Shown here: piece by piece, positions 1 through 12,714 of the stretch
Position numbering within the stretch: the first letter of the stretch is position 1
How the letters are laid out: each line of letters opens with the position of its first letter
Source: Octopus sinensis
Lineage: Eukaryota
Direction of reading: 5' to 3'
Assembly (NCBI RefSeq): GCF_006345805.1
Contig: NC_043015.1
Span: 31,682,001-31,746,000, forward strand
Length of the DNA stretch: 64,000 nt
Translations under genes and position numbers: made by a program
Notes under the pieces: generated by a model
What the model saw: the letters and a program-made list of their open reading frames with translations, nothing else
The model's database searches: none
What the model was told of the DNA's origin: nothing

Positions 1-60
1 ATATACATACATGTGTATATATATATATATATCATATTATATATATATATATATGCATAT

Positions 61-1930
61 TTTTTTTTCTTGTTTCAGCTCAGAGCTGCGGCCATGCTGA
101 TGCACCGCCGTTTTGTGCTACACTGTTATTATGAAGAACCTCGTCTAATATGTGACACTTGGTGAAGAATGGAGTTTGATATAGCTACTCTCATTTGCAC
201 CTCTTGCCGTGAGGTAGGTTCATCTGGGACTCTTGACAGGAAGATGTCCAGCTTTGATTTAAAAACCGCTACATCTACTTTGTGCAAGTTCCTCAGACTC
301 TTTGGGAGAATATTAAAAAGCTGTGGGCCCTTGAAACCCAGGCTGTTGCAGAAACTGGTCCTGAAGCGTGATGGCATTGCTGGGATCTTTGGCACTATGC
401 AGTGTCGTCCCGTTCTAGCATTGGTGTAGCTTACAATGCCAAAATTTGGCATAATTCCTTCCAGGATCTTCCAGACATATATTACTGCATACCTCTCCCG
501 TCTTCTCTCCAGGGAGTAGAGTCTTAGCTGTTTCAACCTTTCCCAGTAGCTGAGCTGTTGCAAAGAGACGATCTTCTTTGTGAATCTTCTCTGGATTGCT
601 TCAAGGTCCGCTGTTAATTTTACGCTGGTGGGTGACCATAGCTGTGAGCAGTAATCCAGGCAGCTGAGGACGAATGTCCGCCAGAGGACCATCATGGTTT
701 CCTTATCTCTGGTTCTGAATGTTCTTAGGATCCACCCAGCCAGTCGTCTGCACTTTGTCACCATCCTGGTAATGTGCACTTGGAAAGAGGTATCATCACT
801 CATGTCGATACCCAGGTCCCTCACAGACATAGGCTCTGGGATTGAAATTCCCTGTGGACCGGTGTATCCTGTTTAATATTCAGTTTTGGATGCTGGTAGC
901 GCAGGGCCTGGAATTTTTCAGCATTAAACTGCATATTATTATCCTCAGCCCATCTGTAGATTGAGTCCAACTCCTGCTGCAGGTGTGCAACATCGCTGGG
1001 GTTCTGTATTTTCTGCGAGACTTTCGTATCGTCTGCATAGCTGGCCAGAGTGGCTATCCGGGCATATCTGAGAGGGCCACTATAAAAAGCAGTGGTCCCA
1101 AGACAGTGCCCTGTGGAACACCGCTCACTATTTGTGTGTTCATAGAGGTGGCTCCATTAACCACTACTGCCTGACTCCTATCTTTCAGGAAGTCATGTAA
1201 CCACACTCCAAGTTTTCCAACTATGCCGAGGTCACGCAGTTTGTGGCATATCATACCATGATCCACCTTGTCAAAAGCTTTTGCAAAATCAAGGTAGATT
1301 ACGTCCACATTTGATTTGTTGAGTAACTGCCTCAACACCCAGTCATAATGTTGTAAGAGCTGTGTCAGGCAGCTCCTACCTGGTCGAAAACCATGCTGGG
1401 TATCACTCAGCAAGTTATTTTCCTCAAGGAATGCGATTAGTTTCTTTCTGACTATCCGTTCCATGACTTTGCTGATATGTGAAGTCAGAGAGATGGGCCT
1501 ATAGTTTTTGGCATCTGCTCTACTTCCCCCTTTATGTATTGGGCATATTATTCCCTCCTTCAGCTTGCTTGGCAGTTTACCATTCGCAAGAAAGCTCTGG
1601 AAGAGAATCTTGAGGGGTTTTGCCAGGGCATGCTTACACGCTTTGAGGAGGATGGCTGGGAAACCATCTGGACCAGCAGGTGAGTTTGTGTCCACTTCAT
1701 CTATAGCTAGTAGGACATCTTTTTCGCTAATGTCAATACATTCTATTGTAACCGCCTCGCTGGTTATAGGTGAGGCGGCAAAGAAGTCCACTGGTTCGTT
1801 CACTTGTCTGTGTTCCAATGGGGTGGTAAAGACACTTTTGAACTGGTCATTCAGCATCTCACTGATCTTAGTTGGACTGTCTGTGAGGGAGCCATCCTTT
1901 TGGAGGAGGGGTCCTATCTTGCAATGCACA
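61..1930 (-). mobile_element. Frameshifted CR1/L2-type non-LTR retrotransposon (RT domain and 3' end)
   Basis: NYRPISLTS, QHGFRPGRSC, YLDFAKAFDKVDH, GVPQGTVLGPLLF, YADDTK (minus, ~1022-1039, other frame), RDLGI, LERRRERY; frameshifts near 1055 and ~870; A-rich tail at 61-70. Confidence 0.92.
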
Positions 1931-2232
1931 GACGGTCAGTAGCGACACCTGCTGAGTCTGACTACGCTGCATTGATAAAGGGCAACAACCCTGAAACCTG
2001 TCTGCAGATGTCTGACTAGCAAGGTGAAGCGGCTGACCTCCCCTGTTCGAAGGTTGTAATGGACGCAGGTTCGTGTGTCATATAGCTAGCTAGAGGCGAT
2101 GGCCTCTTGGAGCTAATCAGCGACAGCTTTAGTCTTATATGTATAAGACTGCCATATTAATATGGCGATAACTATTAATATCCAGTAACGCTGCTGTAAT
2201 CTCCTTTAGAGAGACTTAGTAATTTTAATATT

Positions 2233-2237
2233 TCTAT

Positions 2238-2269
<32 letters not shown>

Positions 2270-2760
2270 TATACATATATAATATACAAACATATATATA
2301 TATACACACACACACATATATATATACACACATATACATATATATACACACATATATATATACACACACACATGTATATATATATATTTATACACACATA
2401 TGTATATATATCATCATCATCGTTTAACGTCCGTTTTCCATGCTAGCATGGGTTGGACGGTTCAACTGGGGTCTGGGAAGCCAGGAGGCTGCATCAGACT
2501 CCAGTCTGATCTGGCAATATAATATATATATATATACACATATACATATACATATATAATATACAAACATATATATATATACACACACACACATATATAT
2601 ACACACATATATATATATATTTATACACACACATATGTATATATATCATCATCATCGTTTAACGTCCGTTTTCCATGCTAGCATGGGTTGGACGGTTCAA
2701 CTGGGGTCTGGGAAGCCAGGAGGCTGCATCAGACTCCAGTCTGATCTGGCAATATATATA
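2233..2760. repeat. ~235-bp tandem duplication of an RTE-tail fragment plus (TA/CA)n
   Basis: Identical tcatcatcatcgtttaacgtccg..ctgatctggcaatat blocks at ~2411-2520 and ~2647-2755 with duplicated microsatellite flanks. Confidence 0.85.
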
Positions 2761-3304
2761 TATATATATTTTTATACACACATGTATATATATATATTTA
2801 TACACACATATGTATATATATTTATACATATTTATACACATACATATGTATATATACATATATTTATACACACACACATATATGAATATATACATATTTA
2901 TACACACACACATGTATATATACATATATTTATACACACACAAACATATGTATGTGTGTGTATATATCTGGTTTGCAAGACACTTTATGTGAATTAATGA
3001 GTTGAAACAAATTTTATTGTATCTAGGGAGGGTCATTATGCCGATATTAACACACACAGTGGATTGGTTCCACTCCTTTATTATTGGTCAATTGGTAATA
3101 TCCAACAAACTGATTGATTGATTCTTGTTTTTTTTTGTCAAAGCTCTTTTGTTGCTACTTGTAACTTTTTTGTTGATTATTGACTTAGTCTATTACAGAA
3201 GCCATGTTTGTGATCTGCTTGAGATCTTGTTGTGTGTGTGTGTGTGCTTGTGTATATATGTTTGTATTCTGTGTATTCATATGTTTATGTGTGTAATTTG
3301 GGTA

Positions 3305-3852
3305 TCATCATCTGGAAAAGACTTTCTAACTAGAAAGGGTATGGCCTGGTCAGCCTGTAATGACATGCATAAGATCTGGTCATCAAATCTAAGTAGAGAC
3401 TTCAAACTTGAAATCTTCAAAGCCACAGTCGAACCAATTCTAGTATATGGCTCAGAAACCTGGACGTTATCAAAGAAGCTTGAGAGGTGGTTGGATGGAA
3501 CCTACACTCGCCTCCTTATGAGAGCTCAAAATCTCTCGTGGAAGCGCCATCCAACCAAAATGCAAATATACGAGAAACTACCACCTGTGTCATCTCTTGT
3601 GAAAGGTAAGAGAGTCCAGTTTGCTGGACATTGTTGTAGAGCTGAAAAAGAGGTAATTTCTACTTTTCTCCTCTGGAAGCCATCTACTCGCAATACCAGA
3701 GGGCGCACACTCTCCTACCCTGATGTAATCTCCAGGAATACAGGCATCCAGCAACAGGACCTCCGTAATGCTATGATGGACCATGAAGTCTGGCGTAACA
3801 TAGTAAATTCCATTGTCTCGACCACGGTCGAACAATGATGATGATGATGATG
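3305..3852 (+). mobile_element. 5'-truncated RTE-clade LINE with (TGA)n tail and 10-bp TSD
   Basis: Open frame with LVYGSETWTL, FAGHCCR and R-rich C-terminus; (TGA)n tail 3836-3852; TSD AATTTGGGTA at 3295-3304 and 3853-3862. Confidence 0.9.
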
Positions 3853-4157
3853 AATTTGGGTAATTACCCAAATTACACATATTCTCGGACAAAACAGGAA
3901 ACGTGTACCCCATCACCATTGAGGATTACAACACATTCATAAGGAAAGAACTGAACTATTCATACAAGCTGGCACCGACATTGGCCCTGAATGACATTAA
4001 TAACAACCACTGCAAAGTCATATGCTTATGTGTTTGTGTATATATGCATGTGTGTGTACCTCTGCTTCCTTGTGGATGCGTGTTTGAATGTGTCTATGCA
4101 TATGAGTTTGTGTGTGTATGTGTGTCTGTTGTGTATGTGTGCTTATGTGTCTGTGTG

Positions 4158-4405
4158 TATCATCATCGTTTAACGTCCGTTTTCCATGCTAGCATGGGTT
4201 GGATGGTTTGACCGGGGTCTGGGAAGCCAGGAGGCTGCACCAGGCTCCAGTCTGATCTGGCAGTGTTTCTACAGCTGGATGCCCTTCCTAATGCCAACCA
4301 TTCCATGAGTGTTGTGGGTGCTTTTTATGTGCCACCGGCACAGAGGCCATATGACGCTGGCAACTACCACGTTCGGATGGTGCTTTTTACGTGTCACTGG
4401 CATGG
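4158..4405 (-). mobile_element. RTE-derived 3'-end retroposon (family C, (GAT)n tail)
   Basis: Shared core tggttggcattaggaagggcatccagctgtagaaac..ccaacccatgctagcatggaaaacggacgttaaacgatgatg, seen in more than 10 copies in the window. Confidence 0.85.
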
Positions 4406-4409
4406 GTCC

Positions 4410-5300
4410 GTCGTCTAGTACAAATTATTATAGAAATATTTTCAGCCATTCAATTTGGGGGAGAACTTTATGAAGTATTTTTCTATATTTCTCCAGAAGG
4501 AGGTGTCATTCTTTGGCAGTGGAATCTTTCACAGTTCCCCCTGTTGGATGTTGTCGGTGAATTCTGGCTTGTTGGCATAAAGAATTTCCAGTTTCGCATA
4601 TATAATTCTCCTTGCGTGTGGGGCAGGTTATGCAGTATATTACGTTCTGCGTCTTGCAATTCATGTCTGCATTTACTTCGAATGCGTGACCACTTTTAAA
4701 TTTTATATGTTTGTCTCCCTCTATATATTTGTAGGTGGGGTTACTGCAGATCCCACATCTACCATCTCCGCACTCTTTTACAAAGAATTCGGTTTTAGTT
4801 TCTGATGAGAATTTCGCTCTTGTTAGTTGTTTCTTCAGGTTTTGTCTTGTCATTTACTGTTTTTTTTATGCAATATTTGTTTAATATGTTTCCCATTTTG
4901 GGGCTTTGTAGGACTATTGGTAAGTTTGAATGTATGATTTGAAACATGTTGGTAACTCCAGGGTTGTGTGTGTTTATGAAAGGGATGATGTTTTCTTTGT
5001 TTTTGGAGTTCTGAGTTGTGTGATGTCCAGTTTCATTGCTCTTGTGATTCCATTCTTTATTAGTTTGAGTGGGTATTTTTCTTCTAGTAGGGAGTTTTTA
5101 AGTTCATTTAGTTTTATTTGGTGTGTTTGTGAATCGGTTACTATGCTGCATATGCGTCTTGCCATACTATATGGGATGTTTCGTTGTATGTGGGATGGGT
5201 GGCAGGTGTAGAAATTCAAATATTGGTGTGTGTGTGTTGATTTTTTTGTAGTGGATGTCTGTTGTTATGATGGAGTTGTGTATCTTGATGTTGATGCTTA
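4410..5300 (-). mobile_element. Penelope-like element remnant (RT C-terminus and GIY-YIG endonuclease)
   Basis: CHPSHIQRNIPYSMARRICSI (PLE RT C-terminal motif); C..GRCGIC; CKTQNVIYCITCP..ENYICET (GIY-YIG); disrupted frames. Confidence 0.85.
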
Positions 5301-5354
5301 ATCTTTTATTTACAAGACTGGTTTCAAATATGGAAAAAAAGAAAATAAAAGAAA

Positions 5355-8002
5355 AGATAATGATGGTGTTTATATTTTATTTAGGTTTCAGTTTGTTTAA
5401 AGTCTTCATTTGTAATTTTTTTTTTCCAATTTAAAAACATTTTTGAATATTATTATTTTTTTTATTCATTTTATATTTTTTCTTTACATAGAATACAAAA
5501 AAAAAATTTTTGCAAAATAAAAATAAAAAATAAAACAAATAAAAAAACATGTTTTCTCCCCCCTCCCACTTAAGACAAAAAAAAAAAGACCAGGCATACT
5601 GCATCACAACTTATAAACTGGAAGGTTAGGTTTCAATACTTGCCAAACAATGATAGGGGACTGGGAGGAGAAGAACAAGCTTAAATGATATATTTTTTTT
5701 GTATCGTTCACTTTTTCATAGGTCAAAGAACACCTAAAATAGGTTTGTTTCATATTTTTGTTTTTTAGAGGGAATGATAAATGGGTGGGTAGGTGGGGGA
5801 TATTATAACTCCCACCTCCCCTCCACACAAACTAGTAAAATAGTAACAACTAGATTTGCACCGAGTGTAGTAAACATTTGTTTAAACAAACATGCCAACA
5901 TTAGACTTCTCTCTCTCTCTCTCTCTCTCGCAGACAGACTGACGAAACACACAGCCACATAACTAGAAAGAAGTGACCAATACTATACAGCAGATTCACA
6001 CAACATAGATGGATTGGTGAAGAAGGGGTTAAGGGTGCATAGACAGTAAACACACCCCTCCGCCACACCCTATGTTGCTTTTATGTACAAACCTCACACC
6101 GCAATCAACCAGTTTACTCTATTCCCTCCTCCCCTCTTGGGGCACTGACTCACATCTTCTTCAGATTAACCAATAAAGCATACCCCAAAAACCCACCCAC
6201 CAAAAAAAAAACCAGAAAAAGAAACCCCAACCAACAACCTAGATGAAGGGATTAAAAAAAAAGATGAAAACATCCTGCAACCATTTGCCCAACTGTTCTG
6301 TGAAAAGGCTGCAGAGGAAATAATTAGGTTTCTTACATAGGCACAAAAATTAGGCAGAAGGGAGTTAGACAATACCATCAAGCCTAGAACTTGACTGGTA
6401 CTTTATTTTATCAACCTCGGAAGGATGAAAGGCAAAGTTGACCTGGGGAGGATTTGAACTCAGAATGTAAAGAGCCAGAAGAAACACTGCAAGGCATTTT
6501 GTCCAATAAGGAGTAAAAGAAAAATCAGGCGATGGAGAAGGAATTTTAGTATTTGTCTAAAACGACTAAGTTTATAATTACACCAGGGGACGATATAACA
6601 TGTGACATTCAACTATTAAAGGAGTAGATTTAATCTGGTCCCAGAACACATGCTTATTCAATCTTCTTTGAATGAAGAAGTTATAATACAGAAATGAAGC
6701 TATCTTAACAACCTCTAATATTTCTAAAGATTTCATTTTCTCATCTTTTTACTATTTGGCAATTATTTTCATAAGTTAGCATGGCTGGGATGAAATTTAC
6801 TGACACCAAGTAGGTTTGTTCTGTTGCAGTCGAATGTTCCTTTCACTGCCAACTTACAAACATAAGAATAGTACAGTAGCAATTGAACTGGACCACTCCC
6901 TAATTAATCTTTCAAATATATAATAGCTAAACTGAGAAGTTGGCAAAAAAAAAAGGTGTATTAAATTTAGTAGAATATATCCTTCAAAATGACATTTGCT
7001 AAAACCTAAGAAAATGTTGACCTCAATATATATCTATATACACAGACACACATAAAATGACTGCTACATACATGTGAAAAAGCTTAGAATGGTGCTACAG
7101 TGATCAAAAGCTTCAAACGAATAAATAAACTGGATTAAATTAATGGAGTACTTTTTCTCCCATTTATATAACAAAACACACACACACACACAATCATAAT
7201 AAAAAAACAAACAACTTTTGAGGCAAGTATTATCAAGAATTAGTCCAACAATACAAACACAAAGACAATATATGAAGTGATATTAAAGCAAGCTAAGATA
7301 TACCTGAACAGGATCGTTAAGATGTGAACGTCGATGTATTTCTATTAAATAAAACACAGCTCAGGTGACTGAGAAAGCCAGCATACAGGTAATGGCACAG
7401 CTGTGACGATAAATGGCAGAATGAAAGTAAGGAATTGTTGACAGAATTTTGGGGGAGTAGAGGAGAGAAAATTAAATCGACTTGTGCGAAGTTCTTGAAA
7501 CGAGTAGTCCCAATAATTTTAAGAGACTAGCAGCATATCTGATTCTTTTGAGAAATAATCAGGTTTAAATGATGATCGCTGATGTTCCATTCTGGCTCCA
7601 GTGGTTTCAGTCATAAACAGTAGGAGTAGGGGGGGGGAGAATGCTTTCTCATCTTAAAAAAACAGAAAACATAAGGAAGCCAACAAAAAATCTAAGACAA
7701 GCTCACTGACACAAAAGGCGATGACAAAAGTGAATCACAGGAAATGTTCAATAGAAAAAATTTCTTATAAAAAAAAAAAAAAAAAAGGCCATGATACAAT
7801 TTCTGAAATGAATATTCAACAGGATGGTGAGTGTTAGGAAAAAAACGAAGATGAAGTGGCTGTGTTTGTGTGTGTGTGTGTGTGTAAAAACGTGTAAGCA
7901 TTTAAAATCATGATCAAAATTACAACTGCATACAATTCACACGTGGCTGTACACATACAATACTCACTCGCAATGTATTATACACACACACACACACACA
8001 GT

Positions 8003-8040
<38 letters not shown>

Positions 8041-10752
8041 TATATACGTAAACAAGAGACACAAGTATGTTTCTGAGCTACATGGAAGTGTAGAAACGAA
8101 GGAATAGTTGAATACAGACCAACACTGTTGACCACTGCCATCTTTAATAAGCCAATACTCACACCTAAAGTGATTAATAACAAACGAACATGTTGGCAAA
8201 TACTGTGAGAGAAACTGGTGGTGTTTGTGTTGGTAACGTGTGACAGGCAAGCTGGAGCAATTGGTAGGTTTCTACAGCTAAGGTTTTCAGGGATGGGGGT
8301 GTTCATGACATCAAAGAGGAGGTAAAAAAACAAGAGGTGCAAAGCAGCTTTGTACAGGGCAGGTGGTTGGTATAGCAACATCAGCAAGTATAGACAAATT
8401 ACACAAGGTTCAACTAAAAGGTGCACTACTTAGGGGTCAGGGATGGGGGGTGGGGTGGGGAGGGTAACCAAAGAAAACAGATTTAAATTAAAGTATCATT
8501 CAAAATAAGAGAAGATTCTTGCTTGTAATATTGTAATTTAGGTCAACCCTTCAACACAAGAAGGACTGTTTTATTGTGCTTTTGGGGTTGTTGTTTCTTT
8601 TTGGTTATAGCCCAAACATTTAAGGGCAGAGTAGAGCAACATATTACAGCGAGATATGTTACATATTTGGGGTCAGAAAATTAGGTTAGGTCAGGTCAGG
8701 TTAGGTTAGGTGAAACTGGATTATGTCTGAGGTTTTGGTAATTGATTCAGTTTATAAGAGAGCAGAAAAAATACCCCAATTATTGAAGAACTTAGTGGCG
8801 TTTCTGAACACTGTTTAGAACGTTAATAATTTTTATTCTCATCAGGTTAAAACCTTGACCCCCTTTTTTTTTTCTGTTTTATTTTGTTAAAATGTTTGAG
8901 ATCTCAGATCACTGCACCAAGCTTTATTCTTTATTCTTAAAGCTTGGTTCCAATAAACTGTTCAATTATCTTTTTGTTTTTGTTTCGTAATGGAGTCCAT
9001 TTGCACTGTACACAGAAAATAACAATTTTGGTAATTTTTCAATCGTGGATAATTGAGCTATCTTTGGAGCTTATTTGTATTTATTTTTCAAGAAATTTAT
9101 GGACAGTCTCGGTAATAAGGCTTTGTTCCCTGCAAAACAAAGGAGTATTACGAAATTTCGATTTACTTTCGTACAGAAACGCCCACCAAGTTCCCTACCA
9201 GAAAGTGAGATTGTATGCCCCCCTCCCCGACCACCACCACCACCACCACTCAACTCTTACATTTCAGTTGATGGCTTTGATTTGGTGTATATTCTGAAAT
9301 ACGACAATTTCACTGTTTGTGTGAATATGATTCCAAAGAAGAGGGGTGGTGGGGGACAGGAAAAAAAAGATTATACTTCATTGTCGTCGTCGTTATCATC
9401 ATCATCAAGGTTATAAGTAGGACAATTTCACACAATATTTTGGCCAGACACAACCTACAAATTCAAAGCAGATTTTTAAAAAAAATTTCAAAAAAAAAAT
9501 AAAAAACAGTCTCTATTCACATTATCGTGTCATTTGTATTTTAAATAAATTTTGGCATCACTAAATTGTTTTGTTTTGAGACTGTTCGTTTCTTCGAGTG
9601 GAAATTGGAAATCGCGAGAGGAATATTATAATTGTAATAGTGAAATTTCAAAAAAAAAAAAAAAAAACCCTGGCAGTGTAAATAAAAAGAAAACAACTGA
9701 AGAAAACTATCTTAGACCTGGTATCTAGTCAGTGAAGATGATTTCAAATTTCATGATCAGAAGAACATCTTATAAAGATGACCAGCAGATGTGACTTTGT
9801 TATCTGCTAAAATTGATTTGAGTTTGTGACAAGAATAAAAAAAATGAATAACTAAATATAAAAATGACATAGAAATAAAACAAAGGAGCAAGATAGAAGA
9901 AAACTACTATACTAATGTATATATAATGTATGTATGATAAATATGTAATGTGTGTGTATATATATATGTATGTGTGTGTGTGTGTGAGTTCTGAAAACAA
10001 CTCAAGTTTCATGTTCAAGTGAAAAAAAATTTACTTGGTTCGGGTTAATCTAGAACCTGCTCACCTTCAATCATCAGCTTATCTTAATCTAGAACCTGCT
10101 CACCTTCAATCATCAGCTTATCTTAATGCATACCACAAAATGGCTGGTGGTAATTTTAAGAAAAAAAAAATCACAAAACACAGTATCTGCGAATAAGTGA
10201 AAATATTGTGGCAGGGGCAATAACTCAGACTTTGAAGCAGGTGAGGAGGCTCTAGTGTAAACCAAATCAAATATCTTCTCTCGAGCATGAAACTTGAGTT
10301 GTTGTCACAAGTCATTCAGTTTACTGTATAGAAAAAAAATAATATTTCTAACTCCTCTCAAAAGTATGCATGTGAGTGTGTTTGTGTCTGTCATGAGGTG
10401 ATGAAGAAGAGATAGAAATGTGAAGTAGCACTATATAATTATTGTTTATTGTATGTGTGTGTATGTATATGCCATCTATGAAGGTGTTAAGAATGTATGT
10501 GTATGTGTGTGTAGTCTTCTTTCCACTGGAAGAGAACAAAAGCAAATACCAGCATATATATTGTAGATGTGGCTAAGATGTTACATTTGAAGTGAACACA
10601 TCTCCATATTTTGTGTTGCTGTATGTGTGATGTGTTGAGGAAGGGGAGTAAAACAGTCCCGTGGAGTGGCCAGAACACAACAACCAAGCACACAGCAAAG
10701 GTACGCACTTTATCATTCTATGTCTTCTGTTATATTTCCTTCACTGTCATGT
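5355..10752 (-). other. Putative long terminal 3'UTR exon of PAK
   Basis: Donor cagtg|gtaagt at 12470/12469; strong acceptor ctctttctttctctctcattttccacag| at 10753; downstream region U-rich on the minus strand and almost TE-free; AATAAA (minus) at 5376-5381 followed by a U-rich tract. 3' end approximate. Confidence 0.45.
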
Positions 10753-11684
10753 CTGTGGAAAATGAGAGAGAAAGAAAGAGAAAACTGATGAAATGGTATA
10801 AAACAAAAAAAAAACATGTCAGTTTAGTATGCTTGTTAAAGTCTGTTTTTAGTTTATATACAAATATACCATGTTCTTGTATTGATATGTGCATGCATGT
10901 AATATATTTCCATATGTAACAAAATAATTTGACAATATGAATTTTTAATTATTTTCTGAGATTTTACAAAAACAACAAAAATATTACAAAAAAAAAATAC
11001 TATCGGGACATTGAGGCTTTTAGTGGAGTTCACTCAGTAGTAAACATCTGGACCCGAGCTTAGATTTTTCTCAAAACATCTCATGGTACAAGAGGCGATT
11101 TATGAATACATTACATTTCCCTGCTATTGCTATTTAATGCAAGGAAGACTTTCCTGACCATATTGGGGGTTATATTCTGGAGTTTTCTTTATCCTAATAC
11201 AAGACGAAGGCCAGTCAATAACAATGTGTTATTGGAAGGGACATACAAAATGAAATTGAGAACCTACTATATAGATAATAGGGGATAGATTCCTGGTGTG
11301 GCGTGATCAAATGCATCTCAATCGCAGCCAATTGAAATTAAAATGAAATTTTTCTTATAACTGGTCAGGTTTCTTATAGATGGCCGCCAACCCCACCGCC
11401 GCCACCACCATTTAACATCAGTTTTCCATACTGGTATGGTTTGAATGGTTTGACAAAAGCTGGCAAGCAAGACTGCACCAGGCTTCACTGTTGGTTTTTG
11501 CAAGAATGAATTCTCAATGACCTGATCTCATGGAGAAGGACACTGTCATGTTACACCAGAGGAACAGCAATGTACAGAAGTGTGTAAGCCATGAAGAATA
11601 AAATACTGCCGGATGAATACTAAATAAGGAGTTTGCAGTAGAATTAACAGATATAAAAAATTTTTAAATAATCAGTTGTGGCAG

Positions 11685-12050
11685 TTGCCGGTGTCATGTA
11701 AATGACACCCTTGAAATCGTGACTGTGGCCTTTGCTGGTAGCATGGTCTTCGAATGTTGGGCCTCGTGGAGGTCATGACGAGTGACTGAGACCTTTGGCG
11801 ACATGCAGTGCTTGAGAAGATTCGTCCATGTAAATGGCACCCGTGAAACCATGGTTGTGGCTGTTGCTGGTGTCATGTAAATAGCATCCATTACACTCTT
11901 GGAGTGGTTGACGTTAGGAAGGGTTGTGCAGCTATAGAAACCATGCCAACTGAGACTGGAACCTGGAGCAGCGCCCCAGCTTGTCAGTTCAAGTCAAACC
12001 ATCTTACCTAAGCCAGCACAGAAAGCTGATGCTAAATGCTGATGATGATG
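11685..12050 (+). mobile_element. RTE 3' fragment (family C) retaining the end of ORF2
   Basis: Translates RMLGLVEVMTSD*DLWRHAVLEK, followed by the family C 3' core and (GAT)n. Confidence 0.7.
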
Positions 12051-12450
12051 AAGTGGAGGCATGGTTCTCTTTGCAACCATGCAGTTCCAAGTTCGTGTTA
12101 TTGCGTAACATCTTGGGGCAAATGACTTCTAATATAGCCCTGAGTCAACCAATGCCTTATGAGTAAATTTGGTAGATGGAAACTGTGTGGAAGCCTAATG
12201 TTTATATGTGTGTATAAACACACACACACGCACACACATATGTATGTGTTGTTTTTGTATTTGTCTATCACAGCTTAACAACCGGCATTGGTTTGTTTGT
12301 GTTCTTGTAACTTTAGCAGTTTGGCAAAGGAAGGCCAACAGAATAAGTGTTACAAATTTAAAATAAATACTGGGATTGATTTGGTCAATGAAACCTTTCA
12401 AGGTGGTGCCCCAGTATGGCCACAGTCAAAAGACTAAAACAAATAAAAGA
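12050..12450 (+). mobile_element. Diverged tRNA-derived SINE (family A)
   Basis: ttggtagatggaaactg, central (CA/TG)n, tail aggtggtgccccagtatggccacagtc..aaacaaataaaaga. Confidence 0.7.
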
Positions 12451-12506
12451 ATAAATAGAACCAACTTACCACTGGATTGTAATTCCATAATTTATAACAT
12501 GTTCTC

Positions 12507-12590
12507 TCAATGTGTTTTCTGTGCTTCTTTTGCAGCCATTATTAGTGGCACTAGACTAGCCAGTGGCTTGGCTAGACGGAGGAAAGAATG
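12507..12590 (-). CDS. PAK1: PAK last coding exon with stop
   Basis: ttccgttgcag|HSFLRLAKPLASLVPLIMAAKEAQKTH*; matches the group I PAK C-terminus HxFLKxAKPLSSLTPLIxAAKEA; TGA at 12509-12507. Confidence 0.95.
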   Translation of the reverse strand, partial: HSFLRLAKPLASLVPLIMAAKEAQKTH

Positions 12591-12714
12591 CTGCAACGGA
12601 ATCGGAAAAGAATTGAGATAGAAAAAAGGGAAATACCAAAATATATTGGAAAACATGACAAAAAAATATATACGTAAACAACTTTTTTTTACTGTTGTTG
12701 ATTTTAGTCACAGG

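Noticed and set aside
3125-3838. 237-aa ORF as a host membrane protein
   Set aside because: The hydrophobic N-terminus comes from T/GT-rich flank read into the RTE fragment.
8680-8712. (TTAGG/TCAGG)n telomere-like run
   Set aside because: Only ~6 degenerate units; an ordinary simple repeat.
9075-9416. Pro-rich plus-strand ORF
   Set aside because: Driven by a (CCA)n run, antisense to the putative UTR, with no splice or homology support.
9719-9732. 14-mer tggtatctagtcag shared with 25575-25588
   Set aside because: Too short and isolated to distinguish from chance.
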